Assembly: GCF_018350175.1 (NCBI RefSeq)
Contig: NC_058369.1
Coordinates: forward strand, 7,070,001 to 7,134,000
DNA from: Felis catus
Lineage: Eukaryota
Direction of reading: 5' to 3'
DNA length: 64,000 nucleotides
Under the pieces are notes generated by a model that saw only the letters and a list, made by a program, of their open reading frames with translations, did no database searches and was not told the origin of the DNA. Below are positions 52,606 to 64,000 of the stretch, in pieces (position 1 is the first letter of the stretch; each line of letters opens with the position of its first letter). The position numbers and the translations under genes are program-made.

Positions 52606-53680
52606 AACAGGACAGGTGTGAAGTGACATCTCATTGTGGTTTTGATTTGCATTTCTTTGATGAATAGTGAGTGATATTGAGCACCTTTTCATATACTTTT
52701 TAGCTACTTATATATCTCCTTTGGAGAAATGTCTATTTAAGTCCTTAACCCATTTTTTTTATCATGTTATTTATGCCTTCTTTTATTATCCTTTTTTTAT
52801 ATATGTATATGAAATTTATTGACAAATTGGTTTCCATACAACACCCAGTGCTCATCCCAAAAGTGCCCTCCTCAATACCCATCACCCACCCTCTCCTCCC
52901 TCCCACCCCCCATCAACCCTCAGTTTGTTCTCAGTTTTTAACAGTCTCTTATGCTTTGGCTCTCTCCCACTCTAACCTCTTTTTTTTTTTTTTTTCCTTC
53001 CCCTCCCCCATGGGTTCCTGTTAAGTTTCTCAGGATCCACATAAGAGTGAAACCATATGGTATCTGTCTTTCTCTGTATGGCTTATTTCACTTAGCATCA
53101 CACTCTCCAGTTCCATCCACGTTGCTACAAAAGGCCATATTTCATTTTTTCTCACTGCCACATAATATTCCATTGTGTATATAAACCACAATTTCTTTAT
53201 CCATTCATCAGTTGATGGACATTTAGGCTCTTTCCATAATTTGGCTATTGTTGAGAGTGCTGCTATGAACATTGGGGTACAAGTGCCCCTATGCATCAGT
53301 ACTCCTGTATCCCTTGGATAAATTCCTAGCAGTGCTATTGCTGGGTCATAGGGTAGGTCTATTTTTAATTTTCTGAGGAACCTCCACACTGTTTTCCAGA
53401 GTGGCTGCACCAATTTGCATTCCCACCAACAGTGCAAGAGGGTTCCCGTTTCTCCACATCCTCTCCAGCATCTATAGTCTCCTGATTTGTTCATTTTGGC
53501 CACTCTGACTGGCGTGAGGTGATACCTGAGTGTGGTTTTGATTTGTATTTCCCTGATAAGGAGCGACACTGAACATCTTTTCATGTGCCTGTTGGCCATC
53601 CGGATGTCTTCTTTAGAGAAGTGTCTATTCATGTTTTCTGCCCATTTCTTCACTGTAACCCATTTTTTTTAAACAAATTA

Positions 53681-53713
<33 letters not shown>

Positions 53714-53815
53714 CATTGAATTGTAGGAGTTCTTGCATATTTTGGAGATTAACCAGTGATCAGTCATAGGGTTTGCAAATGTTTTCTCCCATTCCATAGG
53801 TTACCTTTTCACTGA
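52060..53815 (-). mobile_element. Old L1MA-type 3' fragment hosting a younger L1
   Basis: Reverse L1 3'UTR ('aacatgagatctaccctttt...') continuing into ORF2-derived sequence after 53671. Confidence 0.8.
52762..53655 (-). mobile_element. Young 5'-truncated felid L1 with an open ORF2 C-terminus
   Basis: 207-codon open frame 53030-53653 including [21 protein letters not shown] taacccatttttttta at 52746-52761 and 53656-53671. Confidence 0.93.
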
Positions 53816-54116
53816 TGAGGAATCTGAAGTACACTGATTTGCCACAGGTTTCAAATTGTTGTTGAGATGAGATAGAATTGTGTCTTTGAATCCCATACCC
53901 TTTCTATTATCTGTGGTGCCTCTCTCATATCAAGGATATTAGCACCACTCTTAGATAGCTACTGTGGACCTACCTGACACATTTCCCTATCCAGGCTTTC
54001 ACCTCCATGCCTAGTGTTAATCAATTAGCACTCATTCTAAATTTTGAATTTGAAGAAGAAAAAGAAAGCATCACCTGTGGGGAGAATGTTAAATGAGATA
54101 TCAACATCAGTATTAC

Positions 54117-54531
54117 TGTATTAGTCAGTGTTCTCTGGAGAAAGAGACCCAACAGTATATGTATATATTTATATATAAAGAGAGACTTAAGAAGTTGGTT
54201 CACATGATTGTGGAGGCTTCGTAAGCTCCAATTATAAAGGGTAGGCTAGCAGGCAGGAAACACAGGAAGAACTGCAATTCAAGTCCAAAGACAGTTTGCT
54301 GGCAGGATTCTCACTCCCTTGGGAAGGTCAGTCTTTGTTCTATTAAAGCCTTCAACTGAGTGGATAAAGCCCGCCTATATTATAGAGGGTAATCTGCTTT
54401 ACTCAAAATCCACTGATCTAAATGTTAATCTCACCCAAAAAATACTTTCATAGAGACTTCCAGAATAATGTTTGACCAAATATCTGGGCACTATGGCCCA
54501 GCCAAGTTGACACATAAAATTAACCATCACA
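54117..54531 (-). mobile_element. Solo MLT2 (ERVL) LTR
   Basis: Minus strand starts TGTGATGGTTAATTTTATGTGTCAAC and ends ...CTGACTAATACA; 5-bp TSD attac/attat. Confidence 0.85.
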
Positions 54532-55914
54532 ATTATCTTGGCAAATTCCAAGCATTTTTGCCCATTATTTAGGTTTTCAGAAATAGAGACACACCCTATT
54601 CATTGTTCCAGAGTAGATCAGACCCAAAGTATTTTATCTCAGTTCATGAAAACCAAGGAATCAAAACCGTAATTTAGTCATTTTTAATAGGATGTATTTC
54701 TTCTCACTGGCTAGTATGGCTTTCTCCTCTATAAAGGACTACCCTTCTCCAGTATTAAAGTTCCTGGTCAGTGATGCTGATAGATGACTTAGCTTAGTGG
54801 CCAAAGGGTAAGTAAATTAAACAACTTATTAGGCAGGTTTCAAAGAGTCCCCAATTATTGTCTCAGAAACTATATGTGACATCTCTAAAGGAAGTGGCCT
54901 TTACTATGTACCATATAGTGGACACAGAACAGAGCCCAAAGACAGATGTGTCGAGACAAGACAAAGGTTTTAAAGTAAAGTCCTAAAGATACTTTTACTA
55001 GTGAAAGAGAAGAGCCACCCTTTGCTGAGGTAAAGTATAGATAGGTGAGTTTGGAGCAAGGTGACAATATCTAATTCACCAGCACAGATGACTAGTTGTA
55101 TGGCATGGAAGGAGAATATATGCAAAGGAATATCAGGAATTTTAGGAAAAATCACACTGGCTGTTGCTAGGGTGAACTTTTTCACATCATCTCTCTTATG
55201 AGCTCAGATTACTTTAAGAACTTCAGCACCTGCTCGTGAGCATTAAAAGACCCAAACATACTAGTTATCTCTGAACAAAACATGTAGTTAGATCAGTAGC
55301 CCCCAACCTTGGTTATGCGTGAGAGCCAACCAGGATAATTTTTAAACCCTTATGCTAAGGCTATACTTCAGTCCAATTAAACCATAATCTGTGGTGAGAA
55401 GCAGTCATCAAATTTTTTTAAGTTTATTTTTAAGTTTATTTATTTAGTCTGAGAAATTGAGTGAGCAGGGAAGGGGCAGAGAGAATCTCAAGCAGGCTCT
55501 GCACTGCCAGCATGGAGCCTGATGCAGGGGCTCAAACCCACAAACTGTGAGATTACGACCTGAGCTGAAATCAAGAGTCAGACATTTGATCAACTGAGCC
55601 ACCCAGTGCCCCAATTGTAATTATTTAAAAAAAAAAAAAAAGAATGCCTGGGTCATAGATGAGAAATAAAGAAAGCTCTATAGTTACAATATGATTCATT
55701 CATGCATTGATTCTAATATAGGTAGGATCCCACAAAACTCCCTCAATCCTATTTAAGATGTATCAAAATAAGCAATATTCAGATATGAAGCACTGAACAG
55801 ATTGAAAGGCACAAAACTACCAAAATTATGGAACCAAATGGGCAGAATTTCCAGTTCCAAGTGTTTGGTTTGACTGACTTTTCCAGCTCCCACACTAAAA
55901 AAGGGGGACAAGTA

Positions 55915-56815
55915 TTAAGAATGGGCTGTTCTGAGGTACCTCTCTGTGGCCCTCTTGATGGCCCTGTACCTCAGACTAGATGAAGGGGAGTGAGCATGGG
56001 GGTGACCACAGTATACACCACCAAGGCCACCTCACCCTTCCTGGGAAAATATGAGACAGCTAAACTGAGGTACACTCCAAGACCTGTTGCAGAAAATAAG
56101 CCAGTAACTAACAGGTGACAGCCACAGGTAGAAAAGGCTTTGTTACTTCCCACCTGTGGATGGGACTCTCGGAATGGAGGCAACAATTTGAGTATAAGAG
56201 AAAAGGATCCCTGAGAGTGGAACACCACCAAAAACGGCACCAGTAAAATAAATTCATGGGTTATTGGTGGGGATTTCCAAGGAGGAAAGTTTGAATAGCT
56301 GAGAAGGGCCATGAAGGAAATGAGGTATACTTCCACATCTGTGAAGAAGGTAAGTTGTGACACCATCAGACTGTGCAACTGGTGAAAAGCTGATGAAAAA
56401 AGACACCAAAACCAGCAGGACACAGAGGTGGGTAGTGCAAGGGATGACAGATGGCCACAAACCGATCATAGGCCATTGCGGTCAGTAGATTGTCTTAACA
56501 TCCAAAAAGAATAAAAATAGACATCTGAGACTACATAAGAGATGATTCTTCTGTGAGTATGGATGTCCGCAATCACGTTGGGGACAGTAGTAGAGGTGAA
56601 ACGATGTCAGCCAAGGACAGGTTGGAGAGGAAAAAGTACATGGGGGTGTGGAGGTGGGGGTCAGGGCTGACGGCCAGGATGATCAGCAGGTTCCTGAGCA
56701 CAGTGACCAGGTACATGGACAGGAACATCCCAAAGAGGAGAGGCTGTCATTCTGGATCCTCCAAGAGGCTCAGGAAGAAGAATTCTGAGATGAGTGTTAG
56801 AGTCTTTAATCCCAT
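55915..56815 (-). pseudogene. OR7E-like olfactory receptor pseudogene, paralog E
   Basis: ATG 56815 (MGLKTLT, glycosylation site lost); TGA at 56749-56747; 1-nt deletion near 56601; deletion removing the TM3 cysteine near 56530; further stop near 56496 and more indels. OR motifs [16 protein letters not shown] and KAFSTCG remain recognisable. Confidence 0.92.
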
Positions 56816-57056
56816 GTGGCTGAGACCCCTCCCAGGAAGGAAAAGAATCTTGGAATAAATGGCACAAGCAAACAGGCAGCAAGTGTGTCTGCATTTTGTA
56901 TTCAAGCAAATCAAAATAAAGCATTCACACTTGACGACTGTATACTCCAGTACTTCCAGCTATATTTCTCAGTGGTGGCAAACTCATCTCCTCTCAGAAT
57001 TCTTTCCTCATTGATTTCTTAGCTAGTTACCTGTTTCTATATAAACACACTTTAGA

Positions 57057-57226
57057 GGGGAGCCTGGGTGATTCAGTAGGTTGAGTGCCCAACTTCGGCT
57101 TAGGCCATGATCTCATGGCTCCTGAGTTGGAGCCCCACGTTGGGCCCTGTGCTGACAGCTCAGAGCCTGGAGCCTGTTTCAGATTCTGGATCTCACTCTC
57201 TCTCTCTCCCTCTCCCCCGTTCATGC

Positions 57227-57272
<46 letters not shown>

Positions 57273-57300
57273 TCTCAAAAATAAACATTAAAAAAAATTA
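57057..57300 (+). mobile_element. Can-SINE
   Basis: Canonical; flanking repeat taaacaca(c/t)tttaga. Confidence 0.9.
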
Positions 57301-57604
57301 AACACATTTTAGAGAGACTGAACCGAAGTGTGATAGAGGAACGAGGCAACTTAGAGTAAATAAATCAATGAACACAGTAAAATATCAGTCCCCTCTGCTG
57401 AAGGAAATATATGAAAGAAGTATCTTTCTCCCACCTTCCCCCCAAAAAAATCACTCCAATGAAAAACACTAGGAAGCAGTCAAATATAATTTATCTATAT
57501 GCAGCGCAAGAAATTCTTTTAATTTAAAATATTTATAAATATTCTGTAATGTTACCTGCATTCTAAATTAAAGTCAAATATATTTAATCAGAATTTAAAA
57601 AAAT

Positions 57605-57989
57605 TGTTTACTGTTTATTCATTTTTGGAGGAGAGACAGAGCATGAGGGAAGGAGGGGCAGAGAGAGAGGGAGACACAGAATCTGAAACAGGCTCCAGGC
57701 TCTGAGCTGTCAGCACAGAGCCCGACACGGGACTCGAACTCCTGAACTGTGAGATCATGACCTGAGCTGAAGTCAAATGCAAAACCGACTGAGCCACCCA
57801 GGCACCCTTAATCAGTTAGAATTTAATATGATAGCTATTTTCATGGATTTTCATCCTTATTTGGTTTTCTGATACCTATCCTCAATGGAAATGAATGCTC
57901 ACGGGGCATCTGGTTGGCTCAGTCAGTAGAGCATGCAACTGTTTATCCTGACATTACGAGTTCAAGTCCCACTTTGGGCATGGAGTCTG

Positions 57990-58026
<37 letters not shown>

Positions 58027-60871
58027 AATGAGTGCTCACTTAAATGTAAGTTGTCTTTTAAAAGTCTTTTTGATAATGGGGGCACCTGGGTGGCTCAGTC
58101 GGTTAAGCATCCAACTTCAGCTCAGGTCATGATCTCATGGTTTGTGGGTTCGGGCCCTGGGTCAGGCTGTGTGCTGACAGCTCGGAGCCTGGAGCCTGCT
58201 TCAAATTCTTTGTCTCCCTCTCTCTCTGCTCCTCCCCTGCTCATACCCTGTCTCTCAAAAATAAATGTTTAAAAAAATTAAAATAAAAAAAGTCTTTTTG
58301 ATATTAATTTTAACCCTAGACTTTTTATCCAGGGTTATCTGTATTAACTTCACACCATTTCAGGGACTGTCTTTGTGACTGCCGTTGGCATTTCTTGTCT
58401 CCATCACATAGTGGCTTGGTAAAAGTGTTTAATAAAGTTTCTAATCCTAAAATTTGTGAAGCATTGTTTCCTTATCAAATCAACTCTCTTATTTACAGTC
58501 AAGGTTTTACAACCAGGGGAAATCCCAAAGCTATGTCTGAAATCCAGTCTTCTTAACCCTAATTAAGAACTTACACTTCTTAAATCAGCTCCCTGAAGGC
58601 AACTTGGACCTCCTGGCAGGTAACAATGTGATTTGAGAAAAATGCAAAAGACCAAAGTACAGAGAATAATATTATAAAAACCTGAATCATTTCTTCATGT
58701 ATAAAATGGGGACAAAAATGAAACTACCTTAGGGGTGCTTGGGTGGCTCAGTCAGTTGAACATCCACCTTCCACTCAGGTCATGATCTCTGGGTTTATGA
58801 GTTGGAGCCCCACATTGGGTTCACTGCTGTCAGTGCAGAACCTGTTTCTGATCCCCCCCCCACTCTATCTGCCCCTCCCCAGCTCACTTGCTCTCTCAAA
58901 AATAAATGAACATTTTTTTAAAAATGGACATACAGGCCCCCTGGATGGGTCAGTTGGTTAAGTGTCCAACTTTGGCTCAGGTCATGATCTCACAGTTCAT
59001 GGGTTCAAGCCCTGCATCTGGCTCTTGGCTGACAGAGCAGAACCTGCTTTGGATCCTCTGTCTCCCTCTCTCTCTGCTCCTCCCCCGCTTGCTTGCTTGT
59101 ACTCTCTCTCTCAAAAATAAATAAACACTTAAAAAAGGAAATGGAACTACCCTACAGTGTTGTAAAAAATTTAATTTTTTTTAACGCTTATTTATTATTG
59201 AGAGACAGAGAGAGACAGACCGTGAGCAGGGGAGGGGCAGAGAGAGATGGAGACAGAGAATCTGAAGCAGGCCCCAGGCTCCAAGCTGTCAGCACGGACT
59301 CCAACACGGGGCTCGAACTCACAAACCGTGAGATCATGACCTGAGCCGAAGTTGGATGCTTAACCAACTGAGCCACCCAGACACCCCATAAAAATTAAAT
59401 TTAAAAGGTGGGTGGGAGAGGGGGGAATACTAAGTGGATTAAGAGTACACTTATCTTGATGAGCACGGAGAAATGTATAGATTGTTGAACCATTATATTG
59501 GACACCTGAAACTAATATAACACTGTATGCTAATTATACTGTAATAAAAGTATTAAAAAATGAAATCACACAATAAAAAAATTAAATAATAAAGTGCTTA
59601 GGCCAGTGGGTCTCACTCTTCACTGACCACTGTAATTATCTGTATGTCTTTTAAGATACCCTGAATAGCATGGCTACAGGTTAAATCAGTTAGAACTAGA
59701 ACCAGTTAAGTCAGAATCTCTACATGTGAGTCCGTTGTAATTGTATAGACTGTTACTGTAATTGTAACATACAGCCACAGTTGAGAATCTTTGCCTTAGA
59801 ATATTACCACTTGGTAAATGCCCCATTAATTTTATCTACTAATATTAATACCCACTCACTATATTAAAAATGTAAACATTCAGGGGCACCTGGCTGGCTC
59901 AGAAAAGAATGTGACTCTTGATCTCTGGGTTATGACTCTTGATCTCTGGGTTATGAGCTCGAGCCCCATGTTGCATGTAGCGATTACTTAATAAGTAAAA
60001 CTTTTAAAAAATGTGAACATTCAGGGGCACGTGGGTGGCTCAGTCCGTTAAGCATCTGACTTGGGCTTAGGTCATGATCTGACAGTTTGTGGGATCAGTC
60101 CCTGCATCAGGCTCCATACTGATAATGTGGAGCCTGCTTGGGTTTCTCTCTCCCTCTCTCTCTGCCCTTATCCCCCACTATCTCTGTCTCTAAGTAAACA
60201 AACTTAAGAAAAAAAAACTTATATTTATACAGATTTGCAATATTACCAATAAAATTTCAGTTTTCTTACTCTCCCTTCATGACCTTGTTCCTGGGCATAC
60301 TTATCCCACAAAGGCAACCACTGTCATGAATTTGGCAGGTATATTTTTCCTGCCAATGTTTCCATGGTGTTAGGACTGAGTTCATATCCATAAACAGTCT
60401 TCCTGAAAACATAGCTGAAAAGTATCATACTACACATGTTGTCCCTGAAATGTTCTCATTAAACTTTAAGTCTTTCTGTGAAAGACTTCTGTGATCTATC
60501 TGGTTCAAACGCTTTAGCGATGCATAGTTCTGCCAGAGGAATAGACTTATTTTTATTTTTCAATTCCTTCCTATGAAAATTCTGTGTAATTATCAAAATG
60601 GGGTGTCTGAATTCTTTAGCCACTTGAATCAGATTTACTTTTGTTGAGTGATACTTTTCTGTTACCTGGATGGATTTTGTATCCATTATATTCTAACCTG
60701 TAACTTATATCAATTTACCATCTGTTGCCATTAAAAAAGTGTTCATAGGGCCACCTAGGTAGCTCAGTTGGTTAAGGCTGACTCTTGATTTAGGCTCAGG
60801 TCATGATCTCATGGTTCATGAGTTTGAACCCTTCACGAGGCTCCATGATGACACTGTGGAGCCTGCTTGAG

Positions 60872-60919
<48 letters not shown>

Positions 60920-60985
60920 TCTGTGCCCCTCCCAGGTGCGCTCTCTCTCTCTCTCTCTCAAAATAAACAAAGTTAAAAAAAACTT
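57605..60985. mobile_element. Cluster of about nine Can-SINEs (57605-57808 -, 57903-58025 +, 58078-58290 +, 58732-58922 +, 58935-59135 +, 59170-59387 -, 59882-60010 +, 60024-60215 +, 60747-60985 +) and an L1 3'UTR scrap (about 59410-59590)
   Basis: Repeated tRNA-like heads, CT tracts and A tails in the intron of pseudogene E. Confidence 0.85.
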
Positions 60986-63233
60986 TTAAGTGTTCATAAG
61001 CCAAAAAAAAAAAAAACCATTCTTTTACTTCTCCATTATCACACAACTGAGAATATCTATAATATATACATACATATATACATACATATTCATATATATA
61101 TGAAGTATAGTTGTTTGCATTGTACAAATCAGTGCACATTTAATTTTCCTATTAGGTGCCCACATTTTTACTTCTGAGATATAGAATCAGGAATATCCCT
61201 AAAGTCTATCTAGTAATCTCATTCCATGATAGCTCACATGAAATTCTCAACTTGTAGAGGAAACAATATTTGCACATCTCAGATTTTTGTAGTGAGATGG
61301 AAATAACATTACTCTTCATAGAAAATCCTATTAACTACAATATTCATGCCAGAAAGACCTCTATGAACCACTTAGCGCATTCTCCTAATTCACAGATAAC
61401 CTCACTGAGTCATAGATGAGAAACCAATGGTTCTGTCTCCATTTGTTCCTCTGGGACAAAGCAAGCTTGAAAAAATATATATTTATTCAGCTTTAATGTA
61501 AGAGACATAGCCCTGAGACAGGAGTCAGGAGACCAAAGTCTGAGCCCCACATCTATCACACACTAAATTTGGAGTATGCATAAATGTCTCAACCTCTTTC
61601 TGATAGCATTCTTTACCAGAAATGGGGAAAATGATATTCCCAGAAGTTTGGCTTGTAATATTCAGTTATGGTATTTTAATCAGTATTAAGTGACTTTTCA
61701 GTAGCTGGTTTGATGAAATTTAATCTTGAGAAATATTTAATAACTTTTATTTAATGACATGACAGAGAGGTCAAAGCTTTTCTTGTCCGAGGGAACTTGA
61801 GCGTGATATGATCCTATATCTTAAATGTGAAATCCTAAAAGTGTCTCTGTTCATAAAGTAAAATTTAGCTTCTCTTTCTCCCTCTTTTAAACCTTTCATT
61901 ATTTAAAATCTCCACAAATTTTTGATAACTGAATGATGTATATATTACAAAAAGAAAATAAGAGGTTCATAGAAAGTCCATGCCATGGAAACACATAAGC
62001 CTACTCTATCTTGTCTGTAGTCCTGTGGGATATTGCTGAAAAAGATAAACGCACAGGCAAGAAAGCATCCAGTGGGTATAAACCATATCGCCGACTCTAC
62101 GTTCATGTGAACTAAGGGGCTATGTAATGTTTAACAGAGATTTTTATTTGTTTTTGTTGCCAGTTCTGTGCTAAAGACCAAAAATCAGAAATGAATGAGA
62201 CTCAAGTCATTTCCCTTCACTCAGTATACTCAGTATGCTTGTATAAGGACAAAATAAAATGTCGTGTCAGATATCCAGGGAAATCCATACCTTGAAATTA
62301 CAGGATATTTTAATCAAATAGTATGAAACTAGCCTGTTAATCATAAGGATATCTAAACTTTGACATTTCTATACACATTCATCACATATACAGTTTCTAA
62401 TATACCATTTAATCCTTGCAACTAGCACAAAGGAGGAAGATAGTTTAAGGAAAATCTAGGAGCAGGGACAAGAGAGATCTGCCCTGAATAATAAGTGGCT
62501 GATCCTTCTATGATCCCTACCTTGATCTCAGCTATCTTTCCTACAGCTTATTACTATAGCCTAGCTGGTGCAGCAAGGGGTACCTATTACTCTCCCCTTA
62601 GGTCTACTGGAAACCACCAAAGGGAAAAGCACTGGGGGGGGGGGGGGGGGCATGTCTCTGCCTGAAGTGATCCAGCAAGTAAAATGACAGACTGGGTTAG
62701 TAGGAGGGAATAATGGCTAGGTGTCCTATGTCTGGAGTCTGGATGTGAGGATTCAACTCTGAATTCATACCCATTTTATTTCATGACTTAATACAAGTTA
62801 CATTTAAATACCGTGTCCTCTTCATCTGTAAAATGATAATGTGTGTTCCTGTTTCTTGGGGCGTCATTACACAGATGAAATGAAACAATCTACACAAAAC
62901 ACTTAGCTCACAGCCTGCCGCTTAGGAAACCAATGAAAATTAATATCATACCTACTGTCTTCATCATCATCATCACTTTGTGATTTTGGAGTACTCAAGG
63001 GACAGTTTAGAAAGACCTGATCATGCCATGTGGGAGTAATGCCTATGGGAGCTAGAACCAGTGTGGGAGGAAAGCAGAACACTGAATGGAGTAAACTTCA
63101 TATTGCTTGGAGTGGAAACTTTGCATGTTGGTGCCCTACCATCTGTCTAACCCAAATGTCCTGCTTGTCCTGACAATAAGGAAACTGTGCTCCCCCAGTG
63201 CCTCCTCCATCCACTACCTGTCATGGCACTCAC

Positions 63234-63400
63234 TGGCTACACTGTGACTTTGCTGGTGCATGACCAAGGAGGGACAGTGTGCTGCCCCTCTCCTGCCTGG
63301 TGAGTGGTAATGGCAGAGGGTTTGTCCCCAGGACTGGCAGACAGACTCCAGCCAGGCCTCCTGATGTAGATTAATACTCTGCGAGGAGATACAGGTAAGA
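63234..63400 (-). other. Homologous first exon of pseudogene E; 5' end uncertain
   Basis: Donor CCA|GTGAGT (intron starts 63233); ATG at 63261 (MHQQSHSVA) is 28 nt from the donor, one short of the 29 nt in B and C, so out of phase. Confidence 0.6.
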
Positions 63401-63444
63401 AGCCCACTAGACAGGGACTAGCAACCTGAAAGATTGGAGACACA

Positions 63445-63615
63445 GGCTGATTATGGTATTGTGGCCTTGAGAGCTGGATGCAGAGCTCATAATTAGCTGA
63501 AGTGGTTCACGAACTCCATTCCCTGTAGACTTCACAATCCTGGACAACCAGAGGAGAAAACGTGTCCTTGGTCCAGCTCAATTACTTCTGAGTCCCACCT
63601 CTTCCCAGGGGAAGT
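63445..63615 (-). promoter_or_regulatory. Putative OR promoter of paralog E
   Basis: TAATTAG 63490-63496; near-consensus O/E (EBF) site TTCCCAGGGGAA 63602-63613. Confidence 0.62.
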
Positions 63616-64000
63616 TCATCTGGCCTCCTCTAGTCATATACCCACAAGGAAGGCTCTTCCTGTAAAGACTTTTTCCACTTAAAATTTCCATTGCAATTTT
63701 GATTTGTTGAACATTGATGATGAAATGATACCAGGAATATTGGCATCTTTATTGTTAACATTTCCCATGCTAGAACCTGAAAACATCTCTATATTTGAAC
63801 GTATCTTTTTTTAATTTAAACTGTTTATTTCCATTATCTAGCACTCTTGTTTATTCTGAGTGTTTCTAGTTGTTTGAGTAGAATTATTTTATCTGAAATT
63901 ACTCATCACTGTGAACAGTCAACACATTACAGCTATAAGGTGTTTCAAGTAGTAGCTGATGTAATTACTCAATAAACCTTTTAGTTAAATCAAGCTGTCA

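Noticed and set aside
53030..53653. 207-aa ORF with a Cys/His motif
   Set aside because: C-terminus of L1 ORF2 in a 5'-truncated insertion; not a host gene.
62634..62650. G17 run as a functional G-quadruplex
   Set aside because: A simple homopolymer in a pseudogene intron, absent from the homologous blocks of the other paralogs.

Overview
Mammalian genomic DNA, almost certainly from a cat or other felid, judged by the dense tRNA-derived Can-SINEs (including young SINEC_Fc-type copies) and carnivore L1s. The window is part of a family-7 olfactory receptor (OR) cluster. It holds the 3' half of one plus-strand OR7 gene (2-538) and a head-to-tail minus-strand array of five OR7E-like paralogs. 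Four look intact (main exons: A 7750-8692, B 16588-17530, C 30994-31933, D 39556-40498) and one is a pseudogene (E, about 55915-56828). Each paralog has, 2.7-11 kb upstream, a homologous block with a homeodomain (TAATTAG) and O/E-like promoter plus a first exon ending in a GT(A/G)AGT donor. In B, C and D the canonical OR start codon in the main exon is absent (GTG/ATA), and an ATG in the upstream exon splices in frame (phase 2), so the CDS is split over two exons. In A and E the main exon has its own ATG, and the upstream exon has lost its ATGs or its phase. Stretches of 100% nucleotide identity between otherwise diverged paralogs suggest gene conversion. The rest is transposable-element debris: about 45 Can-SINEs (only some listed), a 5.4 kb decayed L1 in the intron of D, nested L1 3' fragments, ERV1/ERVL/MaLR LTRs, MER5, MIR and L2. 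Repeat boundaries are approximate and all splice models are predictions. I see no evidence of a wholly new biological system beyond this split-CDS and start-codon turnover arrangement.
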